Positions 50,299 through 60,706 of a stretch of DNA of 62,789 nt are shown here, piece after piece. A model generated the notes under the pieces. That model ran no database searches. It saw only the letters and a program-made list of their open reading frames with translations, and was not told where the DNA came from. The stretch comes from a bacterium (GTDB taxonomy: Bacteria; Patescibacteriota; Dojkabacteria; JAKAPS01): positions 1 through 62,789 of the forward strand of contig JAKAPS010000006.1 in assembly GCA_021806925.1 (NCBI GenBank), written 5' to 3'. Numbering within the stretch: the first letter of the stretch is position 1; the number at the start of each line of letters is the position of its first letter. The position numbers and the translations under genes are program-made.

Positions 50299-50942
50299 TG
50301 TTTTTTAAAACATTTACGCCATTCTTGTATTTTCTTATGATCACCTGAAAGAAGCATATCGGGAACCTTTAACCCTTTGTAATCAACTGGTTTTGTATAC
50401 TGAACATATTCACTTGTCACTCCATCATCATACGACTCTTCTAAAAGACTGTCTGAATTTCCTAATGTACCTGGAATAAATCTAGTTATTGCATCAATCA
50501 AACAAATTGCGGGAATTTCACCTCCAGAGTAGATTATATTACCTATACTTACCCTGTAGTCACAAAGTGATGCAATTCTTTCATCAATCCCTTCATAGTG
50601 ACCGCATATTAGTATGAGTTCTGATTCTTTTGAGAACTCTTTTATTAACATTGTGTTTGCTTGAGTCCTTCCAGCATCAATCAGTATTACTTTTGATTTA
50701 GGTGTTTTTACTGAATTTATTGCTTTGTCTACTGGCTCAATCTTTAATATCATTCCTGGAATATTACCCCCATAACTCCTATCATCTATCCTTCCATCTT
50801 TCCTATCTGAAAACTTCCTTAGATCAATAAAATTTACATCTATTAAATTATGTTTTACAGCATTCCCCAGTAATCCATATTTAAACACTGAAGAAAACAT
50901 ATCTGGGAATATAGAAATAATGTGAAACTTAATCATTAGCAC
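50295..50942 (-). CDS. trmD: tRNA (guanine-N1)-methyltransferase
   Basis: SIFPDMF, IDDRSYGG..GMILK, LICGHYEGIDER, SIGNIIYSGGE, VPDMLLSGDH. Confidence 0.97.
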   Translation of the reverse strand: MLMIKFHIISIFPDMFSSVFKYGLLGNAVKHNLIDVNFIDLRKFSDRKDGRIDDRSYGGNIPGMILKIEPVDKAINSVKTPKSKVILIDAGRTQANTMLIKEFSKESELILICGHYEGIDERIASLCDYRVSIGNIIYSGGEIPAICLIDAITRFIPGTLGNSDSLLEESYDDGVTSEYVQYTKPVDYKGLKVPDMLLSGDHKKIQEWRKCFKKH

Positions 50943-51963
50943 TCTTTAAAATAAAATGCTTGATTATCGCCTGAATAAGAGAAGCCACTGGAACTGCAAA
51001 CATTGCTCCAATTATACCAAATATTGAATATCCTGCAATCACTGCTATAAAAAATATAACAGGATGTATTCCAAAAGTAGTTTTTGCTAATCTAGGGATA
51101 ATTATATTTACAAAAGTTTCAGAAAAAAGAAAGTATGCTATAAATATAACCCAAAATAAAGTTATAGATTGATTAATTGCAATCATGAACCCAATTAAAG
51201 GAGCAATAAATATTCCAAATACAGGAATAAAGTATAAAAGGAACGCAAACAAAGCAGAAATGAATGGGTAGTTAACTCCAAGTAACCAGAGTAAAAGAAA
51301 GAAAAATATACTTAAAGCTAAGGAAGTTAATCCCTGAAATTTCATATATTCAGAAAATATCTTTCTTGTAGTTTCTGTAAATACGAGAAAATCTCCCCTG
51401 TATTTTTCCGGAAGAAATATGTAAACAATCTCCTTCCATGAACCGCCGCTAAGAAGAAAATAGTAGGATATAAAAAGTGAAAGGAAAAATTGACTTACAA
51501 TAGATGCCAAATTTTGTAAGAATTGCAACATATTATCAAGAAGTGAATTTACAATAGTTTGCAGTCTTGACAAGATAAATGTGCTACCAATTGATATATG
51601 AAGACCAAATGAGCTTTTTATATCATATATGATTCTTGTTATATTTGAATAACTTAAGTTCTGTATCAATCCATTTAAATTAACTAGAACTACAGGAATC
51701 AAATATATGAAAATTGATACAACAAATAGAATAAATATTATGAATGAGATATTTACAGCTAATATTTTGTTTACTTTTTTTGATACTAGAAAATTAACAA
51801 ATGGATTTATAACAATTGATATTATCCACGCTATTAGAATTACGTTTATAACAGGCTCTATAATTCCAAGTGTTCCAATAAACATCTTTATTAGCAACAC
51901 ACCAAAATATATACCTATTATCCATATCGGAATATATATTTTCTTAATAAGTTTTGAATTCAT
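50929..51963 (-). CDS. AI-2E family (PerM-like) transporter
   Basis: IVINPFV, FIPVFGIFIAP, NIIIPR..GIHPV..GIIGAMFAVPV. Confidence 0.88.
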   Translation of the reverse strand: MNSKLIKKIYIPIWIIGIYFGVLLIKMFIGTLGIIEPVINVILIAWIISIVINPFVNFLVSKKVNKILAVNISFIIFILFVVSIFIYLIPVVLVNLNGLIQNLSYSNITRIIYDIKSSFGLHISIGSTFILSRLQTIVNSLLDNMLQFLQNLASIVSQFFLSLFISYYFLLSGGSWKEIVYIFLPEKYRGDFLVFTETTRKIFSEYMKFQGLTSLALSIFFFLLLWLLGVNYPFISALFAFLLYFIPVFGIFIAPLIGFMIAINQSITLFWVIFIAYFLFSETFVNIIIPRLAKTTFGIHPVIFFIAVIAGYSIFGIIGAMFAVPVASLIQAIIKHFILKSAND

Positions 51964-51987
51964 CAGTTAACTATAAAATATTACCTG

Positions 51988-52023
51988 AAGGAAGAGAGTA
52001 GCAAAAATGCCATTCTCTTCCTT
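51988..52023 (-). terminator. Inverted repeat downstream of the type IV pilin gene, putative terminator/stabiliser
   Basis: AAGGAAGAGA-N16-TCTCTTCCTT; weak U-tract. Confidence 0.5.
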
Positions 52024-52044
52024 TGGTATACATAAATCTATACT

Positions 52045-52587
52045 TTAAAATATCTTAAAATATAGAGCTGACTTTGATGGATCAGTGTTAACACCGTTTG
52101 ATTCCATATCATCAGACATTACAACAACATGAGCATTATCAGCAGTCAAAGCAACAAATAAGTGAGCATATGTTCCAGTATCAGATGGAACTGTTGCAAG
52201 ATACTGAGATATTGCACTTGATAATGTTGAATAATCTGCCCACATACACCCTGCACTAACATCTGTCGCATTTGAATTATCTCCTGCTACAACTGATGCG
52301 TAAGTACAATTTGGATCGTTAGTTGCGGTGATTATACCTTCTGCATTTGTTGATGCATTAACAACAAGTAACGGTATCATGCTTGGATATGAACCTCCGT
52401 GGTCCGCACTATATTGTAGAATTGCATTTCCAACAGCAGATACATTTGATATTCTTGTTGAGTTTCTTGCATCTGCAAATCTTTCTACTGGATTAAGTGC
52501 TACCAATACAACCAATGCTAAAATTGCTATTATTGCTATCACAATAAGAATTTCAATTAACGTAAAACCTTTTTTATTCTTCTGCAT
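52045..52587 (-). CDS. Type IV pilin (prepilin N-methylation motif), probable major pilin
   Basis: KKG|FTLIEILIVIAIIAIL class III signal, ARNSTRISNV..I..A...Y; perfect SD TAAGGAGGTGA at 52594-52604. Confidence 0.93.
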   Translation of the reverse strand: MQKNKKGFTLIEILIVIAIIAILALVVLVALNPVERFADARNSTRISNVSAVGNAILQYSADHGGSYPSMIPLLVVNASTNAEGIITATNDPNCTYASVVAGDNSNATDVSAGCMWADYSTLSSAISQYLATVPSDTGTYAHLFVALTADNAHVVVMSDDMESNGVNTDPSKSALYFKIF

Positions 52588-52748
52588 TCATAATCACCTC
52601 CTTACACATATACTTTTGCACTAAATATACAAAAAATCAAATTACACTAAAAGTATTGCATGTGAATTTAATTATGTCAAAGAAAAAAACAAATACACTA
52701 ATTGTATACAATTCTATTGAAAATATATAATGTGCCGTAAAAAGAAAT

Positions 52749-52790
52749 AAGAGCAAGAACCAACTAATTTCTTAGGAAATCCTTGCTCTT
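52749..52790 (-). terminator. Putative terminator after dnaK
   Basis: AAGAGCAAG-N24-CTTGCTCTT, followed on the minus strand by ATTTCTTTTT. Confidence 0.6.
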
Positions 52791-52812
52791 TACTAACACA
52801 AACTTTCTTTAT

Positions 52813-54711
52813 TTACTCTATAACTTCTCCTTCAGGTTTAGAAGAGTTGTCGCCATTATCACCATTTGTAGGTTCATCCTGCGGAGGTGTTTGATTTGGA
52901 TTGTCCTTATACATCTTCTCACCAACACCTTGAATCAATGATACTAGAGAGTCTCTCTTTGCTTTCAAATCATCAACATTTGGATTTTCTTGCTTTAATA
53001 ATTCTCTAATTTCACTTATCTGTTGAGTGATTTTATCCCTTTCTTCTTGAGGAATTTTCTGTTCATTATCTTTAATGAACTTCTCGTTATTAAAACAAAG
53101 AGTTTCCAATTCATTCTTCAACTCCACAACAGCTCTTTTTGCTTTATCATCAGCTTCGTGCATTTTAGCTTCATTTACTTGTTTTTCAATTTCTTCTGAT
53201 GACATACCGGTATTTGCAGTAATAGTTACTTCCTGTTTTTTACCAGTTGCTTTATCACTTGCACTTACATGAAGAATTCCGTTTGCATCAATATCAAATG
53301 AAACTTCAATCTGAGGAACACTTCTCGGAGCAGGTGCTATCCCATCAAGAATAAATGTTGCAAGAGTCTTATTATCACTTGCCATTTCTCTTTCACCTTG
53401 AACTACATGAATTTCAACTTGTGTCTGATTATCTGCCGCAGTTGTAAATATTTGTTTCTTCTCAACTGGAATTGTTGTATTTCTTTCAATAAGTTTTGTA
53501 GCAACCCCTCCAAGAGTTTCTATTCCAAGGGAAAGAGGTGTTACATCAAGAAGCGTAATATCTTTTACATCTCCCATTAATACACCACCCTGAATTGCAG
53601 CACCAATAGCAACAACTTCATCTGGATTTACACTTCTGTTTGGTTCCTTACCAAAAAATTCTTTTACCTTTTCTATAACAGCTGGCATTCTAGTCATACC
53701 ACCAACAAGAACTACTTCATTTATATCCTTTACTGTCTTATTTGCATCACTTAATGCTTTTTTAACAGGTTCGATTGTTTGATTTATTAAATCCATTACA
53801 ATCTGCTCCAACTGAGAACGTGTCAATGTTATATTCAAATGCTTTGGACCAGATGCATTTGCAGTTATGAAAGGAAGATTAATAACAGTACTAATTGTAC
53901 TTGATAGCTCTATTTTAGCTTTCTCAGCAGCTTCTTTTAATCTCTGTAGCGCTGCACTATCTTCTCTTAAATCAATTCCATTTGTTTTCTTAAATTCATC
54001 AGCAAGATAGTTTATGATTTTTTGATCAAAATCATCTCCTCCAAGATGAGTATCACCATTTGTAGAAATTACTTCAAAAACACCATCTCCGAGTTCAAGA
54101 ATTGAAATATCAAAAGTACCACCACCTAAATCATAAACTGCAATTGTCTGCTCATTTTTCTTATCTAAACCATAGCTCAATGCAGCTGCAGTGGGTTCAT
54201 TTACAATACGTTTTACTTCAAGACCTGCAATTTTTCCAGCATTCTTTGTTGCCTGTCTTTGTGCATCATCAAAGTAAGCTGGAACTGTTATTACAGCTTC
54301 AGTTACTTTTTCTCCTAAGAAGCTTTCAGCATCTGCTTTTAATTTTTGCAAAACCATTGCTGAAATTGCTTCTGGAGCAAGCCACTCATTGCCAAATTTA
54401 ATTTCCACTCCTCCATTACTACTCCTTCTTAATTCAAAAGGTAATAACTTTGTATCTCTCTGAACTTCACTATCATCCCATTTTCTTCCAATTAATCTCT
54501 TAATAGAATAGAAAGTGTCAGATGGATTAAGAACCATTTGGTTCTTTGCAGTAATACCGACAGATCTGCTGCCAGTTTCCTTACTAATTGAAACCACAGA
54601 AGGAGTCGTTCTAAGTCCCTCTGAATTTGGTATAACAGTTGGTGATCCACCTTGCATAACTGCTACACATGAATTAGTTGTACCTAAATCTATACCAATT
54701 ATTTTTCCCAT
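52813..54711 (-). CDS. dnaK: Chaperone DnaK
   Basis: [47 protein letters not shown]. Confidence 0.99.
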   Translation of the reverse strand: MGKIIGIDLGTTNSCVAVMQGGSPTVIPNSEGLRTTPSVVSISKETGSRSVGITAKNQMVLNPSDTFYSIKRLIGRKWDDSEVQRDTKLLPFELRRSSNGGVEIKFGNEWLAPEAISAMVLQKLKADAESFLGEKVTEAVITVPAYFDDAQRQATKNAGKIAGLEVKRIVNEPTAAALSYGLDKKNEQTIAVYDLGGGTFDISILELGDGVFEVISTNGDTHLGGDDFDQKIINYLADEFKKTNGIDLREDSAALQRLKEAAEKAKIELSSTISTVINLPFITANASGPKHLNITLTRSQLEQIVMDLINQTIEPVKKALSDANKTVKDINEVVLVGGMTRMPAVIEKVKEFFGKEPNRSVNPDEVVAIGAAIQGGVLMGDVKDITLLDVTPLSLGIETLGGVATKLIERNTTIPVEKKQIFTTAADNQTQVEIHVVQGEREMASDNKTLATFILDGIAPAPRSVPQIEVSFDIDANGILHVSASDKATGKKQEVTITANTGMSSEEIEKQVNEAKMHEADDKAKRAVVELKNELETLCFNNEKFIKDNEQKIPQEERDKITQQISEIRELLKQENPNVDDLKAKRDSLVSLIQGVGEKMYKDNPNQTPPQDEPTNGDNGDNSSKPEGEVIE

Positions 54712-54720
54712 ATATATTTT

Positions 54721-55257
54721 TTATCTATAAACTATAACCTTAGCAGATAATATAATCTGTTTTGTGGTTGATTTTAAATAACCTCTTGAAATCACTTCGG
54801 CAATTTTGTTTCTCTCTTCCTCTTTTTGAGTTTCGATAAATCCAATTGCTTGGTGATATTGAGGATTGAAGGTATCTCCTTTTGCAACTTCTACAATTTC
54901 AACACCTTCAGTTACAATTATATTTTTTAACTTATCAAGTAAAGGATTCATTTGATCTACAGTATCAGAATTATCCTTGAAATGATTAGTTAATTTAATG
55001 AAATCCTCATAAAAATCAATTAGTTTTAATAGAAGATTAGTTTGAGCAAATGAAAGAAGTTCATCTTTTTCTTTATCAGCTCTCTTTTTAATGTTCTGGC
55101 AATCAGCAAGAGCAATGAGCAAACTCTTCTTTGTATTCTCTAGCTCTTTACTTAATTCCTGAACTAATTCTTCATAATTTTGACTTGAGTCGAGATTGCC
55201 TGCCTCTTCTACAACCTCAGAACTGTTTAAATTTTTAGTGTCATCGTCATCATTCAT
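54721..55257 (-). CDS. grpE: Nucleotide exchange factor GrpE
   Basis: ALADCQNIKKR, FNPQYHQAI, RGY...AKVIV; 9 nt upstream of dnaK. Confidence 0.93.
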   Translation of the reverse strand: MNDDDDTKNLNSSEVVEEAGNLDSSQNYEELVQELSKELENTKKSLLIALADCQNIKKRADKEKDELLSFAQTNLLLKLIDFYEDFIKLTNHFKDNSDTVDQMNPLLDKLKNIIVTEGVEIVEVAKGDTFNPQYHQAIGFIETQKEEERNKIAEVISRGYLKSTTKQIILSAKVIVYR

Positions 55258-55306
55258 TTTTATATTTTTATTTTTTTAAATATGATATGTCTAAATTACA
55301 TATCTG

Positions 55307-55348
55307 AAGGTAAGTAATTTAAAAGTTCACTACTGTTTTCCTTACCTT
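55307..55348. other. Inverted repeat in the hrcA-grpE spacer (possible mRNA stem-loop)
   Basis: AAGGTAAG-N26-CTTACCTT. Confidence 0.4.
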
Positions 55349-55350
55349 GA

Positions 55351-56079
55351 TTACCAACCTCTAGTTACATCCGTTAAAGTTTCCGCAACCATACGAACTT
55401 TCGGTATAACCTGGTTGTATACCATTCTTACTGGACCAACTACACCTATAAAACCTTTGGTTCCATGATATAGACTGAACTGAGCATAAACTATTGCACA
55501 TGGTTCAAATGAAGAAAAACCACACTCATCACCAACCAATACCTTCAATAGTTCACCCTCAATATATTTATTAAATACAGAGTTTAGCATGGAATAGTTT
55601 TCTATTACTGCTAAAACTCCTCTTAGATTATCTAAATCTCTAAATTCTTCATAGTCTAATATATCCGAAATTCCAGAGTACAATACACTATTATCAGATA
55701 TTGCAACAGAAACATACCTTAATGAATCTGCCAATTCATCGATAGCAGTTTTTATTAACTTTTCTTTTTCAAATCTGCTTTCGTGAAGGTGCTGTTTAAT
55801 TCTCATCTCATCAATATAGTTAATATCATCCTCAACCATCAAACGGTTAATATAGTATCTGAAACCAATTGATGTAGGATATCTTCCAGCACTGAAATGA
55901 GACTTCTGCAGATATCCCATCTTAGTCAAAACAGACATATCATTCCTTATTGTTGCACCAGAAGCATTAACATATTTTTCAGAAATTATAGATGAACCAA
56001 CAGGAGAGCCTGTTTTAGCAAATTCAATAACAACCCCTTTTAGTATAGCTATTTGTCTTTCACTTAATGTATCATACAT
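55351..56079 (-). CDS. hrcA: Heat-inducible transcription repressor HrcA (short form)
   Basis: LSERQ.AIL..VV.E..TGSPVGS, SGATIRNDM, HFSAGRYPT..GFRYY, GVVGPVRM.Y. Confidence 0.95.
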   Translation of the reverse strand: MYDTLSERQIAILKGVVIEFAKTGSPVGSSIISEKYVNASGATIRNDMSVLTKMGYLQKSHFSAGRYPTSIGFRYYINRLMVEDDINYIDEMRIKQHLHESRFEKEKLIKTAIDELADSLRYVSVAISDNSVLYSGISDILDYEEFRDLDNLRGVLAVIENYSMLNSVFNKYIEGELLKVLVGDECGFSSFEPCAIVYAQFSLYHGTKGFIGVVGPVRMVYNQVIPKVRMVAETLTDVTRGW

Positions 56080-56080
56080 G

Positions 56081-56107
56081 TTAGCACTCTATATATTTTA
56101 CTGCTAA
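56081..56107 (-). promoter_or_regulatory. CIRCE operator abutting the hrcA start codon
   Basis: Minus strand TTAGCAGTA-N9-GAGTGCTAA, then C-ATG. Confidence 0.9.
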
Positions 56108-56108
56108 T

Positions 56109-56137
56109 AATATATCATTACAAATTATTTGTGTCAA
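56109..56137 (-). promoter_or_regulatory. sigma70 promoter of hrcA-grpE-dnaK, TTGACA-N17-TATATT (extended TG)
   Basis: Consensus -35, 17-nt spacer, 1 nt upstream of CIRCE. Confidence 0.82.
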
Positions 56138-56353
56138 CTGCTAAACAAATCATATTTCTAATCAAGTTTGATAACTTCATGGCTAATTGATAGTAAGTAA
56201 TATGGAATAAATATAACCTTGCAATCATCAATATATTTCACTCCAGTATAATTTTTGTTTACTATATACGCTTCCTTTGGTTTATACTTTGAAATATAAC
56301 TTATTAAAGACCTACCTACACTGCTATTCTTATTCAATTCTTTATACTTAACC

Positions 56354-56926
56354 TCAAAAGGATATAACTTTCGACCTATTTCCCTCTCTTTTATATTTAA
56401 CTAATGTTTTTGCCCTGTATCCAGTTTCAGCATATATCTTCTCCACCCCATCACAATCCATATCCTCTCCGATAGCAACTATATTATCAATTATCACTCC
56501 TTTTTCTCTTTTTGCAAGATTAATTAATGCAATAATAGTACTGCCAGTTTGTATTAAATCATCTACTATTGTTATATGGTCTCCCCTATTCAATCCATTT
56601 AAATACATTTTCCCTTTAGTATATTCATTCTTAAAATCAATACAGAGTTGTCCCCTTGCACCATCTGGATACCATTTAGACATAGCTAATGACTTTTTCA
56701 TTTTATATGCTACTAATGCAGACAAATACCCCCCACGGTCTTCATCTCCAAGAATTACTGTTGTTGTTGAAAAATCAACAGCTTTTGACAGTTCAGTAAC
56801 AGCATCGTCTATTAAAGAATATGGTGTATTTGGAATCTGGTCTGTTAACGGAATGTATAGGTAGTAATTGCCATTTGGTAACCTTACATATTCTTTATTA
56901 TCAAAGCACTCAACTAAATACTTCAT
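56354..56926 (-). CDS. Purine phosphoribosyltransferase (archaeal HPRT/APRT-like)
   Basis: IVDDLIQTGSTI PRPP-binding loop; YLYIPLTDQIP N-terminal motif. Confidence 0.8.
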   Translation of the reverse strand: MKYLVECFDNKEYVRLPNGNYYLYIPLTDQIPNTPYSLIDDAVTELSKAVDFSTTTVILGDEDRGGYLSALVAYKMKKSLAMSKWYPDGARGQLCIDFKNEYTKGKMYLNGLNRGDHITIVDDLIQTGSTIIALINLAKREKGVIIDNIVAIGEDMDCDGVEKIYAETGYRAKTLVKYKREGNRSKVISF

Positions 56927-57107
56927 ACCTAATATATTAGCATAAAGTATAGAGTTAAGACTAAGCCCACTAATCTATTACTAGTTTTAAATGCTACAAC
57001 GAGTTATTTATTGAAAATAAAAAGATAAAAAACAAAATAAAAAACCATACAACACAATTAGCATCCTTTACAAAATAGGTACAGTTTTTGTATACTATGT
57101 TAGTAGC

Positions 57108-58262
57108 ATGTATAGAGAAATAAAGGACAAACTTGTAAAATTAATAGATAACGAAGACAAAGTTCTTGTAGTTACAGGGGCTAGACAAGTTGGTAAAACA
57201 ACTCTTTTAAAATCAGTTCTAGGAGATAATGCCGTATACTTTGATATTGATGATAAAACATATAAGGATTTTTTTGATAGCCTTTCACTCGTAAAATACT
57301 CTTCATATTTGACTCCGATAAAATCATCTGGAAAGAACATTATTGTGATTGATGAAGCACAAAGATTAAAAGATCCAGGTCTTTGTGCAAAAATAATTCA
57401 TGACAATAGGTTAATAAAAGTAATACTAACTGGTTCTTCATCTTTGGATATAACACAAAGAACTACAGAAAGCCTTGCAGGTAGAAAAATTAACATTACT
57501 GTTTATCCATTAACTCTATATGAATATATAAAGCAGGAAGAATATATTGTTCCATTTGCTCTTAATGAAATTAATTTAAAAATTATTGAAGAAATTTTGA
57601 ATGAGAAAATTAGAATCGGCACATATCCAGCTATAAGCCGCAATTTTCCAGAAGTATACTTAAAAGATCTAGCAGAATCAATAATCTTAAAAGATATTCT
57701 ATATCTCGGATTAATTAGGAAATCAGAAAACCTTATAGATTTATTAAAATATTTTGCAAACACAATCGGTGTAGCTCAAGGAATATTGCCAATATCAAAA
57801 GGTGTTCAGCTATCAAGAAAAACAGTTGAGTATTATATAAACATACTAGAATCTTCATATATAATATATGCAATAAATGGATTTAAAGATTTAAGAAACG
57901 ATGAAGTATCAAAAATATCTAAATACTATTTTTTTGATACTGGACTAAGAAACTATTTAATTAATGATTTTAGACAACTAAGTAATAGACAAGATAAAAG
58001 CTCCCTTTTTGAAAACTTCATAATTACTGAAATATTAAAAAGAAATGAATATAACTTCTCAAGATATGAAACATTCTTCTGGAAAACTACGCAAGGAGCC
58101 AACATTGATATTGTGCTTAGAAGAGATAATAAAATATTATTATATAATTTTGACAAGAAGCAAAGTTCCATTGATGCCTTTATTTCAACATACAAAGATA
58201 AGTACGAGATATCAGTAATAGATAATATCCTTGAATTTATACTAAGGGAAGAATACTTATGA
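57108..58262 (+). CDS. AAA_14 + DUF4143 ATP-binding protein
   Basis: GARQVGKTT, IVIDEAQ, LTGSSS, GTYP, KYYFFDTGLRN, LFENF, FWKT. Confidence 0.9.
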   Translation: MYREIKDKLVKLIDNEDKVLVVTGARQVGKTTLLKSVLGDNAVYFDIDDKTYKDFFDSLSLVKYSSYLTPIKSSGKNIIVIDEAQRLKDPGLCAKIIHDNRLIKVILTGSSSLDITQRTTESLAGRKINITVYPLTLYEYIKQEEYIVPFALNEINLKIIEEILNEKIRIGTYPAISRNFPEVYLKDLAESIILKDILYLGLIRKSENLIDLLKYFANTIGVAQGILPISKGVQLSRKTVEYYINILESSYIIYAINGFKDLRNDEVSKISKYYFFDTGLRNYLINDFRQLSNRQDKSSLFENFIITEILKRNEYNFSRYETFFWKTTQGANIDIVLRRDNKILLYNFDKKQSSIDAFISTYKDKYEISVIDNILEFILREEYL

Positions 58263-58888
58263 AATTAAAATATATAATATATGTAATTGTTTCTTTCATT
58301 TGTTTGCTGCTCATATTTTACCTGTATTTATTGTATTCAAGTTTAAAAGCTGGGAATATAACAATACTTGGAGTTAATTGCTCAGTAGTTATTGATAATA
58401 AGGGAAAGGAAAATTGTCCACTAATATCATACCCAATAGGAACTGGTAATCATACGATAACAATTAAACCAAACAATTCCACTCTTCTTCAAATAATAAC
58501 GAAGGAATATGTTGTTAGTAACGAATCTATCGTATATTATGTTCTTCCAGGAGGATCCTCACCATATTTCTACTTAAATAAAATAGAAGAAATACCAAAA
58601 AATATTAATACAGTAGATAGTATTAGCGATGAAAATAATAATGGAAAAAGCAGCTACAGTAATAACAACCTATTTGTTTACATTACTCCAGAGAATTCGC
58701 AATTACAAATTGATTCAAAAAGTATAGCCGTATCAAATAATGGAATATATTCTTTTAATTTAACAAGTCAAAAAGATATTGATATATATATTCAATCAGA
58801 TGGTTATATACCGGAAAAATATTCAATAGTTATTAAAAAAAATTATTTAGTATATAATACAGTTGAGTTATATAAGTCACCTATATAA
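58259..58888 (+). CDS. Membrane-anchored PEGA-like domain protein
   Basis: N-terminal TM; VVIDNK.K..CP...GNHTITI and VYITPENSQLQID...DGY PEGA-like repeats. Confidence 0.55.
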   Translation: MKLKYIIYVIVSFICLLLIFYLYLLYSSLKAGNITILGVNCSVVIDNKGKENCPLISYPIGTGNHTITIKPNNSTLLQIITKEYVVSNESIVYYVLPGGSSPYFYLNKIEEIPKNINTVDSISDENNNGKSSYSNNNLFVYITPENSQLQIDSKSIAVSNNGIYSFNLTSQKDIDIYIQSDGYIPEKYSIVIKKNYLVYNTVELYKSPI

Positions 58889-58985
58889 AAATTAAATTAT
58901 TAAAAATAGGGTTTGACAAGAATATATATATAGAAAAAATAGAGTAAGAAATATATATTTATTTAATACAGGTGTATAAATAAAA

Positions 58986-59975
58986 ATGGATATACATAAT
59001 TTAGGGTCAATAACAAAAATTATATACGCCGATTTTGAATATAGTTCAAAGTACATATATGAGAACTTTAATAAATTTATTAATAAAGAGAGTAAATCAA
59101 ATAATTCTAAAGATAATGTACAACTAACAATTGAATACAAACAGATTAATGAAATATTAAAGAATAAAACAATACCTAAAAATGATGAAATTCTTGTTGT
59201 AAATTCATTATTCAAAGAGAATCTCAAACAATCTAACAAATTAAACGTTTTAAATACATTAAAGAATTTGCTTGATGATAATATAAGAGTAATAATATTA
59301 GCATCAAAGAGTTTTTCAGAGCTGATTGAGCTTTATGAAGAAGAACATAACAATAGAAAAGCAATTCTCCTGCTTGTAGATAATCTCTACCATGAGGATA
59401 TTTCACTCGATGAACAAAAATTAGGAGAATATGTAAAATATGCATTAAAAACAAAACAGATAGTTGTAGATAAAATTGAATATAACTACTTTGTACATAT
59501 GAACGACTTATTTAAAGCAATATTAACTGCAAGTCAGAATATTAATCATGGAGGAATATTTTTTGTAGCAGAGCCGTATTCATATTCAAATTATGCAATA
59601 TACCTTAGATTAAGTGTGTTACTTTCTAAGGATATACAATTAAATGCTCAAGTATCTCAAGAAGATACAGTCAAATCACTTCCAAATGTAATTCCAGACT
59701 GGAAAGCAGATATTTCTCTGGATACAGGTCTTGAATTAATACTTAATAGAATAAACACTTCATCAGATAGGGCAATTTTTATAGATGAAATAACAGCAAT
59801 TGAAAATGAACCAATTAGGAATTATACACCAGCCCAAAGATACAAAGAGAAAACTCAAGTTTCCGTAAAAAATATTAGATATTCCGATTTTGATAGTATT
59901 AGATCAAAATTTGATAATAACAACGAATCTGTAGGATTATTTTCTAAATTAAAAAAAAAATTATTTGGAGATTAA
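58986..59975 (+). CDS. Hypothetical protein with degenerate epimerase/SDR-like segment; possibly N-terminal half of a frameshifted gene
   Basis: YFVHMNDLFKAI...GIFFV...LGWKA.ISLDTGL-like C-terminal SDR pattern (IPDWKADISLDTGL); TAATG overlap with the next ORF. Confidence 0.5.
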   Translation: MDIHNLGSITKIIYADFEYSSKYIYENFNKFINKESKSNNSKDNVQLTIEYKQINEILKNKTIPKNDEILVVNSLFKENLKQSNKLNVLNTLKNLLDDNIRVIILASKSFSELIELYEEEHNNRKAILLLVDNLYHEDISLDEQKLGEYVKYALKTKQIVVDKIEYNYFVHMNDLFKAILTASQNINHGGIFFVAEPYSYSNYAIYLRLSVLLSKDIQLNAQVSQEDTVKSLPNVIPDWKADISLDTGLELILNRINTSSDRAIFIDEITAIENEPIRNYTPAQRYKEKTQVSVKNIRYSDFDSIRSKFDNNNESVGLFSKLKKKLFGD

Positions 59976-60673
59976 TGTTATCGATATTTATTATTTTAAT
60001 AATTTCTATTTTCCTCAGATACACATATGAAACATTTAATAACTCGTTTGGTGGGTTAATAAGTAATAGAGTATCAGAAAAACTTTCTGAGTTTAATGTT
60101 GCAACATTTATTTTCCCTTCACTTGAAAAATACAAGCTTTATAGTTTATTGCTTAACGAATTAAATTCAAACAATTTAAAAATTAATTCTTCAATAAATC
60201 AGATAAAAAACCAAAGCCACACTATTACTACTCCATCTATTAGTTTAGATACACAATACATTCCTGTAATTGAAAGTTATGTTTCACAAAATGATGTAAA
60301 GAGTATTTTAAATACATACAAGAATGAAGTTAACAGAGTAAATATGATTAATGAATTAATAAATATAAAGAATATGGTAATTTATTCTAATGGTGTAATT
60401 TATGTAGCTACATTTAAAGGAGGTATTTTTGAATATACTAACCAATATACTTCAAATGGTTCAATTACTGTAGCAAATAACGTAAATAGTAATAATTTAT
60501 TTAATACATGTGAAAATATAAAAACATATTTAAAGATGGATAGTGTAGACTACTGTATTGCTACTAATACTCCTCTCTCTATAAATATATTGAATACAAC
60601 TATACAAAATGCTATAAAAACATTCAAAATTCCAAATAACATATATATTCTAAATATGGAAAATGTAAATTAA
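59975..60673 (+). CDS. Membrane-anchored hypothetical protein; possibly C-terminal half of a frameshifted gene
   Basis: Begins directly with a TM helix; its frame is open back through the A10 run at 59951-59960. Confidence 0.5.
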   Translation: MLSIFIILIISIFLRYTYETFNNSFGGLISNRVSEKLSEFNVATFIFPSLEKYKLYSLLLNELNSNNLKINSSINQIKNQSHTITTPSISLDTQYIPVIESYVSQNDVKSILNTYKNEVNRVNMINELINIKNMVIYSNGVIYVATFKGGIFEYTNQYTSNGSITVANNVNSNNLFNTCENIKTYLKMDSVDYCIATNTPLSINILNTTIQNAIKTFKIPNNIYILNMENVN

Positions 60674-60706
60674 TTTCTAAAAAATGTTAAAATATATATT
60701 GATAAA

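Noticed and set aside
2338-60135. Short shadow ORFs in the track (e.g. 2338..2544, 5093..5359, 16878..17300, 22752..23297, 27308..27820, 30980..31423, 43079..43480, 58892..59239)
   Set aside because: They overlap well-supported genes on the opposite strand or in another frame, with no recognisable motifs
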